64,000 bases of DNA from Tubiluchus corallicola (lineage: Eukaryota; Animalia; Priapulida), in NCBI GenBank assembly GCA_030141605.1, contig JAQGDQ010000656.1, forward strand, positions 1 through 64,000, in the 5' to 3' direction. Within the stretch, counting starts at the first letter, position 1, and every line of letters begins with the position of its first letter. Below, piece after piece: positions 14,121-26,643 of the stretch. The translations under genes were made by a program, and so were the position numbers. Under the pieces are notes generated by a model that did no database searches, had not been told where the DNA came from, and saw only the letters and a list, made by a program, of their open reading frames with translations.

Positions 14121-14737
14121 AGTTTTGGAGTTTTTCTTAGTCTGCACTGGCCGCACTTGTCTTGGTCAGTGTTGTAATTTTGACATTACGCTGACTCAGT
14201 TTACTATAATAAGTGAACCATTTTAACGTTAAATAAAAAAATAATATATAGATTGTATTGTGTACAATTGCATAAAAATGAATCGCAGATATAATAATAT
14301 ATATATATTTGGCTGCAAAATGAGGTGGTGTACATAATACAATCTATACAATTGCATAAAAATGAATCGCTGATCCGTTTAAGAAAAATATGAAAACGTG
14401 CAAACCGTTAACGTATTTATAAGCCATTGAGATATCGTCCCACTACGTAGTCCCACAAAACAAACACACATGCTTAAAGCAATAAAATAGATTTAGCAAC
14501 CCTGAATGAATAAATCATAGAAGTGAGTAAATGCGATTAAAACAAAGTAATTTTCAATATAATCCCTCCATTGAAATTCTGTGCGAAGCTGTTTCAATCT
14601 GCTATATGTACCTACGTGCCTTCGAGATTTGCATTGATTTCAACGTCTTCGTGGCTGCTTAATAATGAAAGAGTAAACAGAGAATGTCGTCCACATTCAT
14701 TGCTGGAAGAAGTAATTATTCAAATTGTTTTGTTTTC

Positions 14738-15410
<673 letters not shown>

Positions 15411-15720
15411 CGTAGTCAGCCTTTTACCATTGGCGATGTGCCACTAACAGTTTTCGAAGATGAAAAATCATCTGCCACCTGTCAGTTGCACATCTAATGT
15501 TAAGAAGACAGATAGATTACTGAACTGTTCCTGGAAACCATGTAACCTATAAGCTGTTTGTACAATCTTCACTAATGGCTGTAGAAGATCAAAGTAATCT
15601 GCTCTCATTTCATACACGTCTAATTTTTTCAAGACTATTTTCCTCCAGGTTAAATGTGGCCCTTTTACCCGGAAAAACTTGGTCAATTTAGGAAATGGAA
15701 GTGTTTTGGGTTCTGTTGTT
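15411..15720 (-). mobile_element. Possible decayed RTE-like 3' end whose (CAA)n tail continues into the microsatellite
   Basis: RVKGPHLTWRKIV resembles the RxxGRPxxTW motif; on the minus strand it is followed by caacaataacaacaac. Confidence 0.35.
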
Positions 15721-16307
15721 GCGTAATTTGACTCGCCGATAAGTGCGCATGAAAGTAAAGCTGACACTGCAATAGCGTGTCTAGAGAAACAAAACGACAT
15801 GAGATGTAATGACAGTAATATTAGCAGATGTGAAAGCAAAGCAGAGGCTTTAAAGGAAAAACGAACAATTTTTGGGTTACTCCATTGCGATGTAACCTTA
15901 CAAAGAAATCTGTTTCGAAGTGAATCCGGTCGTTGTTGCTTATGTATTAAATTATTATCCTGTTTTATACTGAAACATCAAAATCGAGTAACTTTGTATT
16001 CTGAATTTTAACAATAAAACAGTTTCCATGGCAACGGTAAATGGTGTTCTAAACGACGTATCCAGGATGTTGGGCAAAAAATCCTGGAAAAATAGCCCAA
16101 AATGTGATCAAAGCAGATGTATAATAAAATTTTCTAGGGATTCCCTTTTATAATTACATGCATTCTAGTGCTTAAAGTTCTACGATTAAAAACAAACATT
16201 TGATTTTTTTATGTCTCCGTTAAGTTTTAATTTGTAATCACCGCAGTAATCCTCTTGTGATATTCTTGAATGAAAGGAGGAAAATTTGAAACAATCAATA
16301 ATGATTA

Positions 16308-16378
16308 TGTAGCTTAGTGAGCATGGCGTTGCACTAGTAATCCAAAATTCCTTGGTTCAAATCCAAGTGCCGTCCAGT
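16308..16378 (+). mobile_element. tRNA-derived SINE head or tRNA pseudogene remnant
   Basis: Box A-like TAGCTTAGTGAG and box B GGTTCAAATCC at tRNA spacing; no good cloverleaf. Confidence 0.45.
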
Positions 16379-16659
16379 TTTTTTGCACTTGGGGTCGCAA
16401 ATTTAATAATTGGTGCTCCATCCATCATTGTTGTGATATTTTTAACTACAGACTATATTAAAAAATACGATTGTGTAACCATCAATAAGTAGGAATAATG
16501 AAACTTAGTAAAATGACATCTCAAAGAAATAACGCTTCAGTGGAAACGTTTATTTCACCTTCAAAACCTTGAGACAAAATGACAAGATGTTATCTGACGT
16601 CAACATAAGCCATGCGAAAAATTTCCAACTCCAAAATAATGGAAATCGTTTATTTGCAG

Positions 16660-16809
16660 ATGAAGCAGACGACAATTGGATTTTTATTTGTGACGGCGGC
16701 CATCTTGGTGCTCCATCGGACGAAGGCGGATCCCATTAAACCGGAAGTGCTGGGCTTCCAACTGGATCCTATTGACAACTGCCTTTTTAAATGCGATGCC
16801 TGTTTTAAG
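16660..16809 (+). CDS. EH: Eclosion hormone-like secreted peptide precursor, coding exon 1 (MKQTTIGFLFVTAAILVLHRTKADPIKPEVLGFQLDPIDNCLFKCDACFK)
   Basis: Acceptor tatttgcag immediately before the ATG; hydrophobic signal peptide with probable cleavage TKA|DP; DPxxxC-x3-C-x2-CxK as in insect EH (YDPMEICIENCAQCKK); phase-0 donor gtataa at 16810. Symbol rests on the Cys pattern only. Confidence 0.8.
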
Positions 16810-16839
16810 GTATAATTTTAAAATGCACTGTAATCTAGG

Positions 16840-17131
16840 TTTACGTTCAGACTAGCGAATTTTTTCGTCAAGTAACTCGCAAGCGTTCAGACTAGAGAGC
16901 AAAACTTACTGCGAGTTACTCTCTGGCCGTAAGTGCGAGCTGACACTCAATTCTCTATTCACTGCAAGAAGTGTCGCGAGTAACTCGCCGAGGCGTTCAC
17001 ACTAGACAGTAACTCGCAGTAACTGCGTGAGAGTTTGCAGTAACTTGCCGATAATAACTCGCAAAACAGTTCACACTTGCGAGTTTGCTGTCAGAAAGAA
17101 AACTCGCGACAGAAAACTGTCTGAACGCCCC
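16840..17131. mobile_element. PIF/Harbinger-like MITE in the EH-like intron
   Basis: Ends cgttcagac...gtctgaacgcccc, internal aactcgc repeats; right end is homologous to 63125..63180. Confidence 0.55.
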
Positions 17132-17207
17132 GTTAGTTCAACAGATTTCCAAATTGATTTCTATAATAAACTCAGTAGAAAGCAGATCTCTGTCAAAGCC
17201 GAGAAAT

Positions 17208-17402
17208 CCTAAACTTATTAGTCTGATTCTTTTGATTAAAAAATAACACAAAGATAAACAAGCAAACATACAAAAATCTATTGGCATTACCTAGACTAGT
17301 GAAGGACTGACAAAGTATTTGTTCATTGAATATAATTATAATCAATAATGCACAAATGTTCGACGTAGTGTTCATCTACCTTTTTAACCCTTAATTTTGG
17401 CC
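17208..17402 (+). repeat. ~200-bp direct repeat, second copy at ~18878..19086
   Basis: Both copies share aagataaacaagcaa...aatcaataatgcacaaatgttc...ctacctttttaacccttaattttggc. Confidence 0.85.
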
Positions 17403-17969
17403 ATTGTAATTAAAATTCGTCCTATTTCCTAGGAATATCAACGATGGCCCTTTTTGTAGATGTAGCAACTCAAATGAAAGCCCTCTCCACTTTATCATCG
17501 TCAGTAAATAACTCAAGAGTTCGGCCTGTGCACGATGCCTAATAATATGTATACATTCTATGCAATAATTATCAAAATATTTCTGGTAACTAAATATGAG
17601 CTTAGAGATTTCGTAATGACAACTGGCAATTGACAAGCACTGCTGTGGAAAGCGATTTTTCTCTTTCAGTGAATTCTATACCTTAAGTTATTTTTGTATA
17701 GTAAGTTAGAATACTTTACACTTTTATACGTAAACACTGAATAACAGACTAAACCTGCTGTTACACATAAAGATAGTTTTCATAAGCTTAGATAATATGT
17801 TATTTATTTATCTTTCTATCGAGAGGCATTACATTTGAGTTGTTGGAGAGCAACGTTGAGTCGACTAAGAGATTTGCTTGAATAATTTCAGACAAATTGT
17901 ATGTATTATTGTATATTCGAATTAATTGTACATCTAATTTTACATGACAATGATTCGTCATTGTGATGC

Positions 17970-18793
17970 GCGGTAAAATAGCACGGTAAAAATGGCACAA
18001 ATGGAAAAGTGGGTACAATGGTACAGGAAAAAATAGCACTGTAAAAAAGTACACAGGAAAAATGGCACAGGTAAAAATGGCACAGGAAAAATGGCACAAA
18101 TAGAAAAGTAGGTAAAATGGCACAGGAAAAAATAGCACTGTGAAATGGCACTGTAAAAATGACACAGGAAAAATGGCACAGGTAAAAATGGCACAAATGG
18201 AAAAGTAGGTAAAATGGCGCAGGAAAAAATACCACTGTAAAAATTGCACTGTAAAAATGGCACAGGTAAAAATGGCACAGGAAAAATGGCACAAATAGAA
18301 AAGTAGGTAAAATGGCACAGGAAAAAATGGCACTGTAAAAATGGCACAGGAAAAATGGCACAGGTAAAAATGGCACAAATGGAAAAGTATGTAAAATGGC
18401 GCAGGAAAAAATACCACTGTAAAAATGGCACTGTAAAAATGGCACAGAAAAAATGGCACAAATAGAAAAGTAAGTAAAATGGCGCAGGAAAAAATACCAC
18501 TGTAAAAATGGCACAGGTAAAAATGGCACAGGAAAAATGGCACTGTAAAAATGGCACAGAAAAAATGGCACAGGTAAAAATGGCATAGGTAAAAATGGCA
18601 CAAATGGAAAAGTATGTAAAATGGCGCAGGAAAAAATACCACTGTGAAAATGGCACTGTAAAAATGGCACAGAAAAAATGGCACAGATAGAAAAGTAGGT
18701 AAAATGGCACAGGAAAAAATGGCACTGTAAAAATGGCACAGGAAAAATGGCACAGGAAAAATGGCACAAATGGAAAAATAAGAAAAATGGCAC
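17970..18793. repeat. Minisatellite of 13-14 bp AAAATGGCAC(A/T)G units with higher-order structure
   Basis: Directly visible; inverted short block at 19505..19565 and a related array at 20508..20820. Confidence 0.95.
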
Positions 18794-19279
18794 ATATGTT
18801 ATTTTGGTGCAATTGATTTCCAGAATAAAACTAGAATGCGCTTAATAGGGAGCAGGAAGATTGCCAAAGCCGATCATTCCTAAACATATTCTCCTGATTC
18901 TTATGATTAAAAAGATTAACAAAAAGATAAACAAGCAACCATACAAAAATGTGCTTGTATTAGTATTATATAGAGTACGGACCAGCAACGACTCACAAAA
19001 TATTTGTTCATTAAATAGATTCATAATCAATAATGCACAAATGTTCCACATAGTGTTTATCTACCTTTTTAACCCTTAATTTTGGCGTTTGTAATAGAGT
19101 GACAAGTATACAGGTACCAAGTCACCTTATTAGGTTACACGTATTAATAAAAAAAGTTAGGTGGAGATGACAAAAGGAAGTACTAAACACTCCCTCTGAG
19201 TTTAAGACATTCACGAAGTGCTTCATGAATGTTTATTGCACGTGATGTTCGGTCAACTTTTGCGAAAAAAATTCACCCT

Positions 19280-19446
19280 CTATTCCCATTTGACACCCTC
19301 TAAACTCGCCTTTCTTCACAACGTTTCCTGGAAATCCGTTAGGTAGCTTTTGCGCAGTAGGCTTACTGCCATAACAGACAAAAAAGAACCAAACAAACAA
19401 ATAAACAAACAAACATGTTGAAGCCTAACTTCCTTGGCAGAAGTAA
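19280..19446 (+). mobile_element. Possible Helentron/DINE-like non-autonomous element end
   Basis: (AAAC)n tract followed by aacttccttggcagaagtaa hairpin-like terminus. Confidence 0.35.
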
Positions 19447-20261
19447 AAATAGCTAAAATAATTATCCCCCACTGTAACCTTAACCCTAAACTCGTGTTTT
19501 ACTAAGTGTGCCGTTTTAGCTGTGCCATTTTTACCTGTGGCTTTTTTACCTGTGCCATTTTTGCTTACGTTCTGCGATTGTATAGTATGTATTGCATTGT
19601 TGTTGAGCGAGAATTCTAAATTTACACTATACTGCCTCCAGTGGAAATGTTGTTATCAGCTATGTACTGTTTTGTTGTTCCACATGAAACGAACAAAATT
19701 TATGTACAATATATTCAATACATACAATATATACAGTATATAGTATAGTATATACTATATACATATACATATACATACTATACATTATATATTATATAAT
19801 ATATATATATATATATACAGTATATACGGTTTACAGTATAGTATACAGTGTATATACAGTACATACAATATATATACAATATATAAAATAGGTACCCTGT
19901 TGTAATTATGGCAAAAGTAGTGTTGCTTTGGACTATAGGCCTATTTCTTTTTAAGCACCCATACTATTTGCATTGCATCATCTTTCTTCTCTTCTTAATT
20001 GCTTGCAGAAAGGAGCACGCGCGAATAGAAGCTGTGGAGAATTTGTGAAGAAAAATGAAACCGTCATCCTTTCAGAATATTTATCGTTGCTGCTATGAGC
20101 GATGTAGCTAATTACCAGCCCCTGTTGGGGATAATTAAAGATACGCAATAAACGTCTTAGTAACATTCGCACTTTCAGTTGACTAAGCCAATATTAAATG
20201 CTTTCCAATAGAATGTGATGAACGTAGGTACGACAATAGCAGACATATAGTGTCGATCCTC

Positions 20262-20440
20262 AAAGCAAAACCGGACTCTATCTTAAACTGTAGGTCAAAA
20301 CAACCTATTCTTTATAATATTGAAAGGAACCATACTTTTAAGGATCATTTCTATAGCATGTGTCGCAAGAGGTTCAGACAAAACTGAACACCAGAACATA
20401 CTATTTTTTCGAAAATGACTTACGTGAAAGAACGTATTCG
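20262..20440 (-). mobile_element. Partial copy of family A (Kolobok-like)
   Basis: aaagcaaaaccggactctatcttaaactgtaggtcaaaacaa matches the terminus of the other copies. Confidence 0.7.
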
Positions 20441-20507
20441 TTCTAGTTTGTCTAGAGATCGTCATCAAACACTTTATATGAATATACTAGAGCGAACTCC
20501 ATGAATG

Positions 20508-20820
20508 TAGGTAAAAATGGCACGGTAAAAATGGCACAGGAAAAAATGGCACAAGTGCAAAAGTAGTTAAAATGGCATAGGTCAAAATGGCACAGGAAAA
20601 AATGGCAACGGAAAACTTACACAAATGGAAAAGTAGGTACAAATGGCACAGTAAAATGGCACAGGAAAAAATGGCACCGGAAAACTTACACAAATGGAAA
20701 AGTAGGTACAAATGGCGCAGGAAAAATGGCACACAGGAAAATGGCACAGGAAAAATGGCACAGGAAAAAATGGCAACGGAAAACTTACACAAATGGAAAA
20801 GTCACAGGTAAAAATGGCAC
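20508..20820. repeat. Second AAAATGGCAC minisatellite array
   Basis: Directly visible. Confidence 0.9.
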
Positions 20821-20894
20821 ACTTACACAGTATTTTGTTTATGATATTTCAGAAACGCTTTTACAACGTAATCATTAAATGCCTTAACTAGTTC

Positions 20895-21263
20895 TTAATC
20901 ACTACTTCCCGTCAAGAATAAAAATTTATTATTATCGCTCATAAAGAGAATTATATAATCATTGGTGTGATTATATAATTTTCTTCTAAGATCATTGCAA
21001 TATGGACCATTCATTACAAAGGGTAATTCGTCTTCCATTTCATTTCTTAACAAATGTAAATTTACAAAAAAAGTATTTTCATTTACATCAAGCTGTATTT
21101 CTCTTGAAAAATTCACATCTTTGACTCTTCCAGACAAAGTCTTACACTGAATATCTACATTTCGTCGAAATATTACGATTTCGCTTCCTGACGGAATAAT
21201 TAAGCGCAGTAAAACATGTCTGCCATAATTTGCTTTTAGCGCAATGATATTATATTTCGACAT
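20895..21263 (-). CDS. Uninterrupted 122-aa ORF of unknown function, antisense within the EH-like intron
   Basis: Stop-free in very AT-rich non-repetitive DNA; ataATGT start context; no recognised motif. Confidence 0.3.
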   Translation of the reverse strand: MSKYNIIALKANYGRHVLLRLIIPSGSEIVIFRRNVDIQCKTLSGRVKDVNFSREIQLDVNENTFFVNLHLLRNEMEDELPFVMNGPYCNDLRRKLYNHTNDYIILFMSDNNKFLFLTGSSD

Positions 21264-21865
21264 TATTCGGCGACATCAAAGTAAATTATTGCAGGTAAAA
21301 CGTGTCGCGGAAATTGCGGTCCGGCAAGTGGAAGGTGGGAAAAACTTCTAATGCAACAAACAAACGCGCGCAGAGATTTATGGGAAGGATGTTAAAACCT
21401 TCAGCACTTTTTAAAACGTCTTCCTTTATAGTGCTTCGTTAATCTAACATGGTCGCCTATAAGCTTGTTTCAATTCTGTCAACAACTTCTATTCTAGACT
21501 ACGTATTAACGGGGATTTTAGGCATTTAGGTACTAAATTTAGGGTAACCCTGTGGCACTAAAATAATGCCTCTAAAAGGTTTCCCAATTTAAGCAGTGCG
21601 AAACAGATACCCTGGCTCAGAAGTGCAGTCCAGCTTGTACAGTCTCTCATATTCTAAAGTGTGGCCATTGCATGAAAAAGAGGATGAATATATTGGATCA
21701 GCTCTGTTATTTTCGCCATATAACTCAAGAATTAAACGCCATTCTTAGACCTGCCATTATATGCAACGACATTTTTCATAAACTCAGATCAGGTCATCTA
21801 TCCAGTGGCATTCTCTTTAAATTGTTGCAGAACTACTGCTGAAGTCTACTAAACTGACTTGTTCT

Positions 21866-22409
21866 GTTTTGTTAACTGATTGTACGTATAATTGTATTTT
21901 AAGTTATTATGTAGACTGTCTTTCAATCAAGTACTCATTAATAAACAATTTATGCAAGAATCAACTATATGTACTGCTGTAATAACTGTAATACTACACT
22001 AATTGCATTAATTCCACGTGTAATTGGATTTCTGAATTAAGTATCAACTTATACTTTGCTTATACGCTTATATACATCGTGAATCGTTATTTTTACCCTA
22101 TCTGTTGTATGGGTTTTGTAAATTTGAATTAAGTATTAACTAATGAACTAGTCGTATTTTTGAATTAATTATTTTGAGTTATTGCATACTCGAACTAACC
22201 AATTGTATATTTCATCACTGCACATAGTGGAAATACTGTGATCAGTAATAGTTACTGTGTTGTAAATACAGTTAGTGTAGTATAACAGTTATTGCAGCAG
22301 TACATATAGATGATTCTATCATAAGTTGTTTATTAATGAGTACTTGATTGAAAGCACAGTCTACATAATAACTTAAAATACAATTATACGTACAATCAGT
22401 TAGCAAAAC
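21866..22409. mobile_element. Fold-back / MITE-like element with ~145-bp inverted arms
   Basis: 21866..22010 is the reverse complement of 22263..22409. Confidence 0.8.
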
Positions 22410-25400
22410 GTTTAGTGGGCATTATGTCTTTATGTATCTTTTGTCTTCTCCCCCGATTGCTTCTTTATGGAATTTCTACTACTTCACATTTTGTCCTTAG
22501 TCATAAGTTTCACTAGAAAGTCGATTTATAAGTTGTCACAGCCTTTTGACTGAGAATTGTTCTTCTCATTTATCACTCCGGGCATTCATTTCGAATCAGT
22601 TGGACGCCAACGACAATTTAAAGTCTCTGGAAAAGGTGCTGCGACGGACTATGTCGCTCATTTGGCAGTTTGCTATAAAAATGAAATTTGTAATAATTCA
22701 AGATGTTGCAAGAACTTGCCAGCGATGCTATTGTTTATATATCCGCTTTTTCCTGACAAGTTGACAACTACTAATTACCGTGTTCTTCTTTTCTGCTCAA
22801 ATGAACGAAGCCATTGGCGAAAACTAACCGAGTCTAGAAGGTTGAGATTAGTAAGTGAAAATTTAGTAAGCAATAAGTGATTTACCTGCTTATTTATTTA
22901 TTTATTTGTTCGTTTATTTGTCATCTATTTATTTACTTACTTCTTGTTTATTTATTTATTGATTTATCGTCTATTTTATTACTTGTTTATTTACTTGTTT
23001 ATTTATTTATCACCTATTTATTTAGTTACTGGCTTATTTGTTTATTTATTTATTTATTTGGTTGTTCATTCATAAATTGCTTCATTCATTCTTTCACATT
23101 CCCGTCTGTAGCCGACCGAGAATAATTACACCATTTTTTGCTCGAAAATTCATTGTTCCAATCAGCCAAACAATGAGAGCAAGCACGTGCATGCATGGTG
23201 ATGAAGCTGCTGCCATCTACGTAGTATTTAGTGCATTAAATTCTTTGTTATGGCTTCAAAAAGTTTTTAGGTGTTTTGGTGTTAGATAAGTGGATGGTCA
23301 TTGCTAGGCCTAATTCGTAAGGCGATCACCGGTGCTCATTGTAACATTCGGGTGACGAAATTCTTTGCTAGCCCAACAGGGCCTCGAACTTGAGTCCGGC
23401 ATCTTAAGTCAAGATGGATGGCTGAACGGGTCGGTGACTCCAAATGTCAAGGAGCATCAATGTTTATTTAAATTCTAAAAAAGTTACAAGCGCAGGAGGG
23501 TCGGTCCTTCTTAAAGTGCAGAGAATGGCCCAATCGTGGTACAGTGTGAACGGAAACAGTGAACACAACAAAGTACAAATGAAGTACTGTTTGCCATATG
23601 TTTAACATTTTAATTGGCATAATTAATTAATTAATTGGCATAATAATTAATTAACAATGAACAAAAACTCACAACTTGCACATGAACAGCGGGGTACCCC
23701 TCATTTAATATCAGTTCGCTAGCGTTTCACGTAGGCGGGACGTCTCCCGTAAAGTTCCGGGGTTCACGCACTTAGGTGGCTGGAATCACTTTGCTAACAG
23801 CCTCGTCGGCAATGGCGACCGCATCAATGGCCTATTCGCCTAACTGGCTTAACGAGACTAGCGTACGATGACAGACCAGCCAGATTCTCCTGACGACCTC
23901 TCCTTTTAATGAGTCAGGTACCAGGCTTTCAGAACTTATATAAGTCTACTTTTTGTGCTGTTTTGGTTGAAAACTCCACCATCATGGAAGCATGCACATC
24001 ACAGAAAAATGTCATTTGCCAAATACTAGACGTATGGCTCACGTTCTGTCTGCTCAAGATAATGACTGGTAGTGTGAACAATTCAATTCACGTAGCTATT
24101 GTATTCAAGTAACCGAAGCAACGTCTTGTCGGCCAACGCCCCGACAAAGACAAAATCAATTGGCCTTTTAGCTGAGTCGGCCATTTAACCACTATCCCAG
24201 TAACCTCGTGGGATAATCTGCACCTCTCAAGTCACACCTGTCGTGACGCAGTTAATCATCCAATCACAGCGGTATTATGGGTATGAGATCATGAAGCCAG
24301 AATTTGGTCCAAAAGTTGAACTGCTACATTTCTTTGTTGAACTCCCAATAGGTGGAGCCACCAGTTTATAACGTTTACCAAATTCGGTAAATTAGTTATT
24401 AATGACAGGTTCAATACAATACATTCAGATATAGCTAATAGTTCTTTCAAATGCCACGTAAATGTGTTATTACAGTTAAATGGCTATTCGTTTTAATCTG
24501 CTAAACACGACCGTGACACTCATTTCGTAATGAATGTGTAATTTGTGGCTGTGTCGCGTTCCCCTCCCACGTGTAATAGTCCTACTTCAGAGAAAATACA
24601 TATTATTAATACGTGCAGCGTCTCTAATGAGCTTTGCACTTGGGCAAGGTTGAAGCACACTGTAGGCGTCTACTTGAGTTGACAGTGGGTACGTGACAAG
24701 GTTTCGAATTTTCACTTTGATTAAACTGACGCAATTTTGATTTTCGGTAAAACGTTTTTGAGATTAGATCTTTGAATCAGCTTAAACAGATCTTTTAATG
24801 AAGATGGATCTGTTCGGTTTTCACACCCACGTCGTTCGAGGTTTTCTCTTTTTGCTTCTTAGTAAATTTAGGTAATTTTCATGCTTGTCACAAATTTTAT
24901 TTACAGCGCATGCGTATATCTAATCTTCTAACTTTCAATGACAATTTGCGTGTCATGGCGGTCGCACATCACAAATTTAATCGCGCCTTTTTAATTACAT
25001 ATAAGTTACTTAAGGCTCTACGTTCTGATTAAAATTGGAAAATAATTTTTAAAGAAAAATGAGCAAAGTGGGTTTTAAAACTCCCTTTTAGTGTAGCAAC
25101 TAGTGCAGTATGGTTGATCAAATCTATATATTAATGTCCTTCCCTGTGTTTTGTCCTGCTCAGGGTTTCGTCACACATCAGGGGTTATAAAACAAACAAA
25201 ACATAACAAAATCCAATCAAACACGAATATTAGACTGGTCGTGTCGTGATTAGCGATTAAATTTTTTTCATAAACTTACCAGAATTGTACTAGCACTTCA
25301 CAAGAAGTTGAATATTTAAACAGAATTAATTTAGTAGAACTTTATTCTGTGATAACAAGTCATAACTTCATGGTTAAGTATACTGCCTTCAAGACTGCGC

Positions 25401-25619
25401 TTTTTTATACAACTTGTTGCTCCTTGGTCCTCCCGCCTAATTCCATTGAACACTTGTATTGAATTCACTTCTTCTTCCTACTAATCATCTCAAGCTGTTT
25501 AACTCTTGCCACCCCCAACTCCATATATTGCGTTCTGTTTATATGTATGTATACTGTTTTATATTCATAGAATTTATATATTTATAAATGTATATAAATG
25601 TAGCTTGCAACATGATGTC

Positions 25620-25680
25620 ATATATATATGTGTATATATATATGTATGTATATGTATATATGTATATATGTATATATGTA

Positions 25681-25716
<36 letters not shown>
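25620..25716. repeat. (TA)n/(TATG)n microsatellite
   Basis: Directly visible. Confidence 0.9.
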
Positions 25717-25717
<1 letters not shown>

Positions 25718-25788
25718 TTAATATAAACAGAATGCAATCCAAGGAATAGGAAGTGAATGATAAATGAGTAAAACTATAATGAGAATAT

Positions 25789-26216
25789 CCCTTTCAGTCC
25801 CAAATTATTTTTTTAATAAGAAAAATTTTTTGGCTAGGTACTTTTGTTCAGTATGTCCATCTTGTTTACACATAATAATTATTTTATTCTACCTGTGCCC
25901 GCGTGCTAAATATAGCCTGTATCCCACGGGATACATTGGGATTCAATGGAAGCAAAAAATGTGCTTCATTTTGCAACTGCTGATACTTTTTTAAAGTATT
26001 TAAGACATTTAGTATGCATGCTATGCTGATCAGCACAATGTCGTCTCTAAAGTACTGTACCTTGCGCAGTTTTTTATGCTATGTAGATTTTCTAGTTTGC
26101 CCTTTTATCACCATTTTTAGCCTATTGTTATTGGCTTAAATCAAAATAACTATTTTATTAATTTTAAAGGCAGAAAATATTCTCGTATCCCACGGGATAT
26201 AGCGGGTATGAAAGGG
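25789..26216. mobile_element. piggyBac-like MITE with ATAT flanks
   Basis: CCCTTTCA...TGAAAGGG termini; ATAT on both sides; internal repeated palindrome gtatcccacgggata. Confidence 0.55.
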
Positions 26217-26413
26217 ATATTAGTAGGTAGAAAAAAGTAGTGAATTCAATACAAGTAACCTATTGGGAAGGGAATTGGAAGGGAAGGAAGGGAATTGGAA
26301 AGGGAAGACAAAAGAGCAAAACTGTATGACGTGATTAATCAGAAAAAACGGGTAAGCACAATCTAGGGAACAGCCATATGTTACGTACATTATATATTAC
26401 ATCTTATTTTTAG

Positions 26414-26557
26414 GGCTACGTGATGTTAAAATGTGCGAATAAATGTCTGGAGAAAAACGGCGACATCTCAAAGGAATTCCGGGCTCATTGCAAATTATTC
26501 GACCTCAAAGATTTTGACGTCTTAAGCTTATTCAACTTGATCAGAGAACGAAAGTAA
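26414..26557 (+). CDS. EH: Eclosion hormone-like peptide precursor, coding exon 2 (GYVMLKCANKCLEKNGDISKEFRAHCKLFDLKDFDVLSLFNLIRERK*)
   Basis: Acceptor tcttatttttag; phase 0 matches exon 1; supplies the other three Cys as CAxxCxxxxG...C, like EH CAESCIKFKG...C; AATAAA near 27123. Confidence 0.8.
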   Translation, partial: GYVMLKCANKCLEKNGDISKEFRAHCKLFDLKDFDVLSLFNLIRERK

Positions 26558-26643
26558 ACTTGTCTTATAAATTTGTAAAAGCACTTTTATAACATCACTC
26601 GTCCTGTTTGTCTGGTTTTATGTTTTAAATGTTTCCCCCAGAG

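Larger units (their letters stand above)
13185..14245 (+). mobile_element. 3' end of an L2/CR1-group LINE (hosts the 5S SINE)
   Basis: IFLYKCVN...KFGNNSISKQAIHLWNLLPCEVKQIES matches the ORF2 C-terminal WNxLP motif; AT-rich 3' UTR ending in AATAAAAAA at ~14232. Confidence 0.6.

Noticed and set aside
17800-18812. Three overlapping ~300-aa Cys/Phe-rich ORFs
   Set aside because: All three frames are open because the minisatellite lacks stops on that strand
21295-21394. Alternative Cys-containing second exon for the peptide (GKTCRGNC...)
   Set aside because: Wrong phase and weak acceptor; 26414..26557 fits far better
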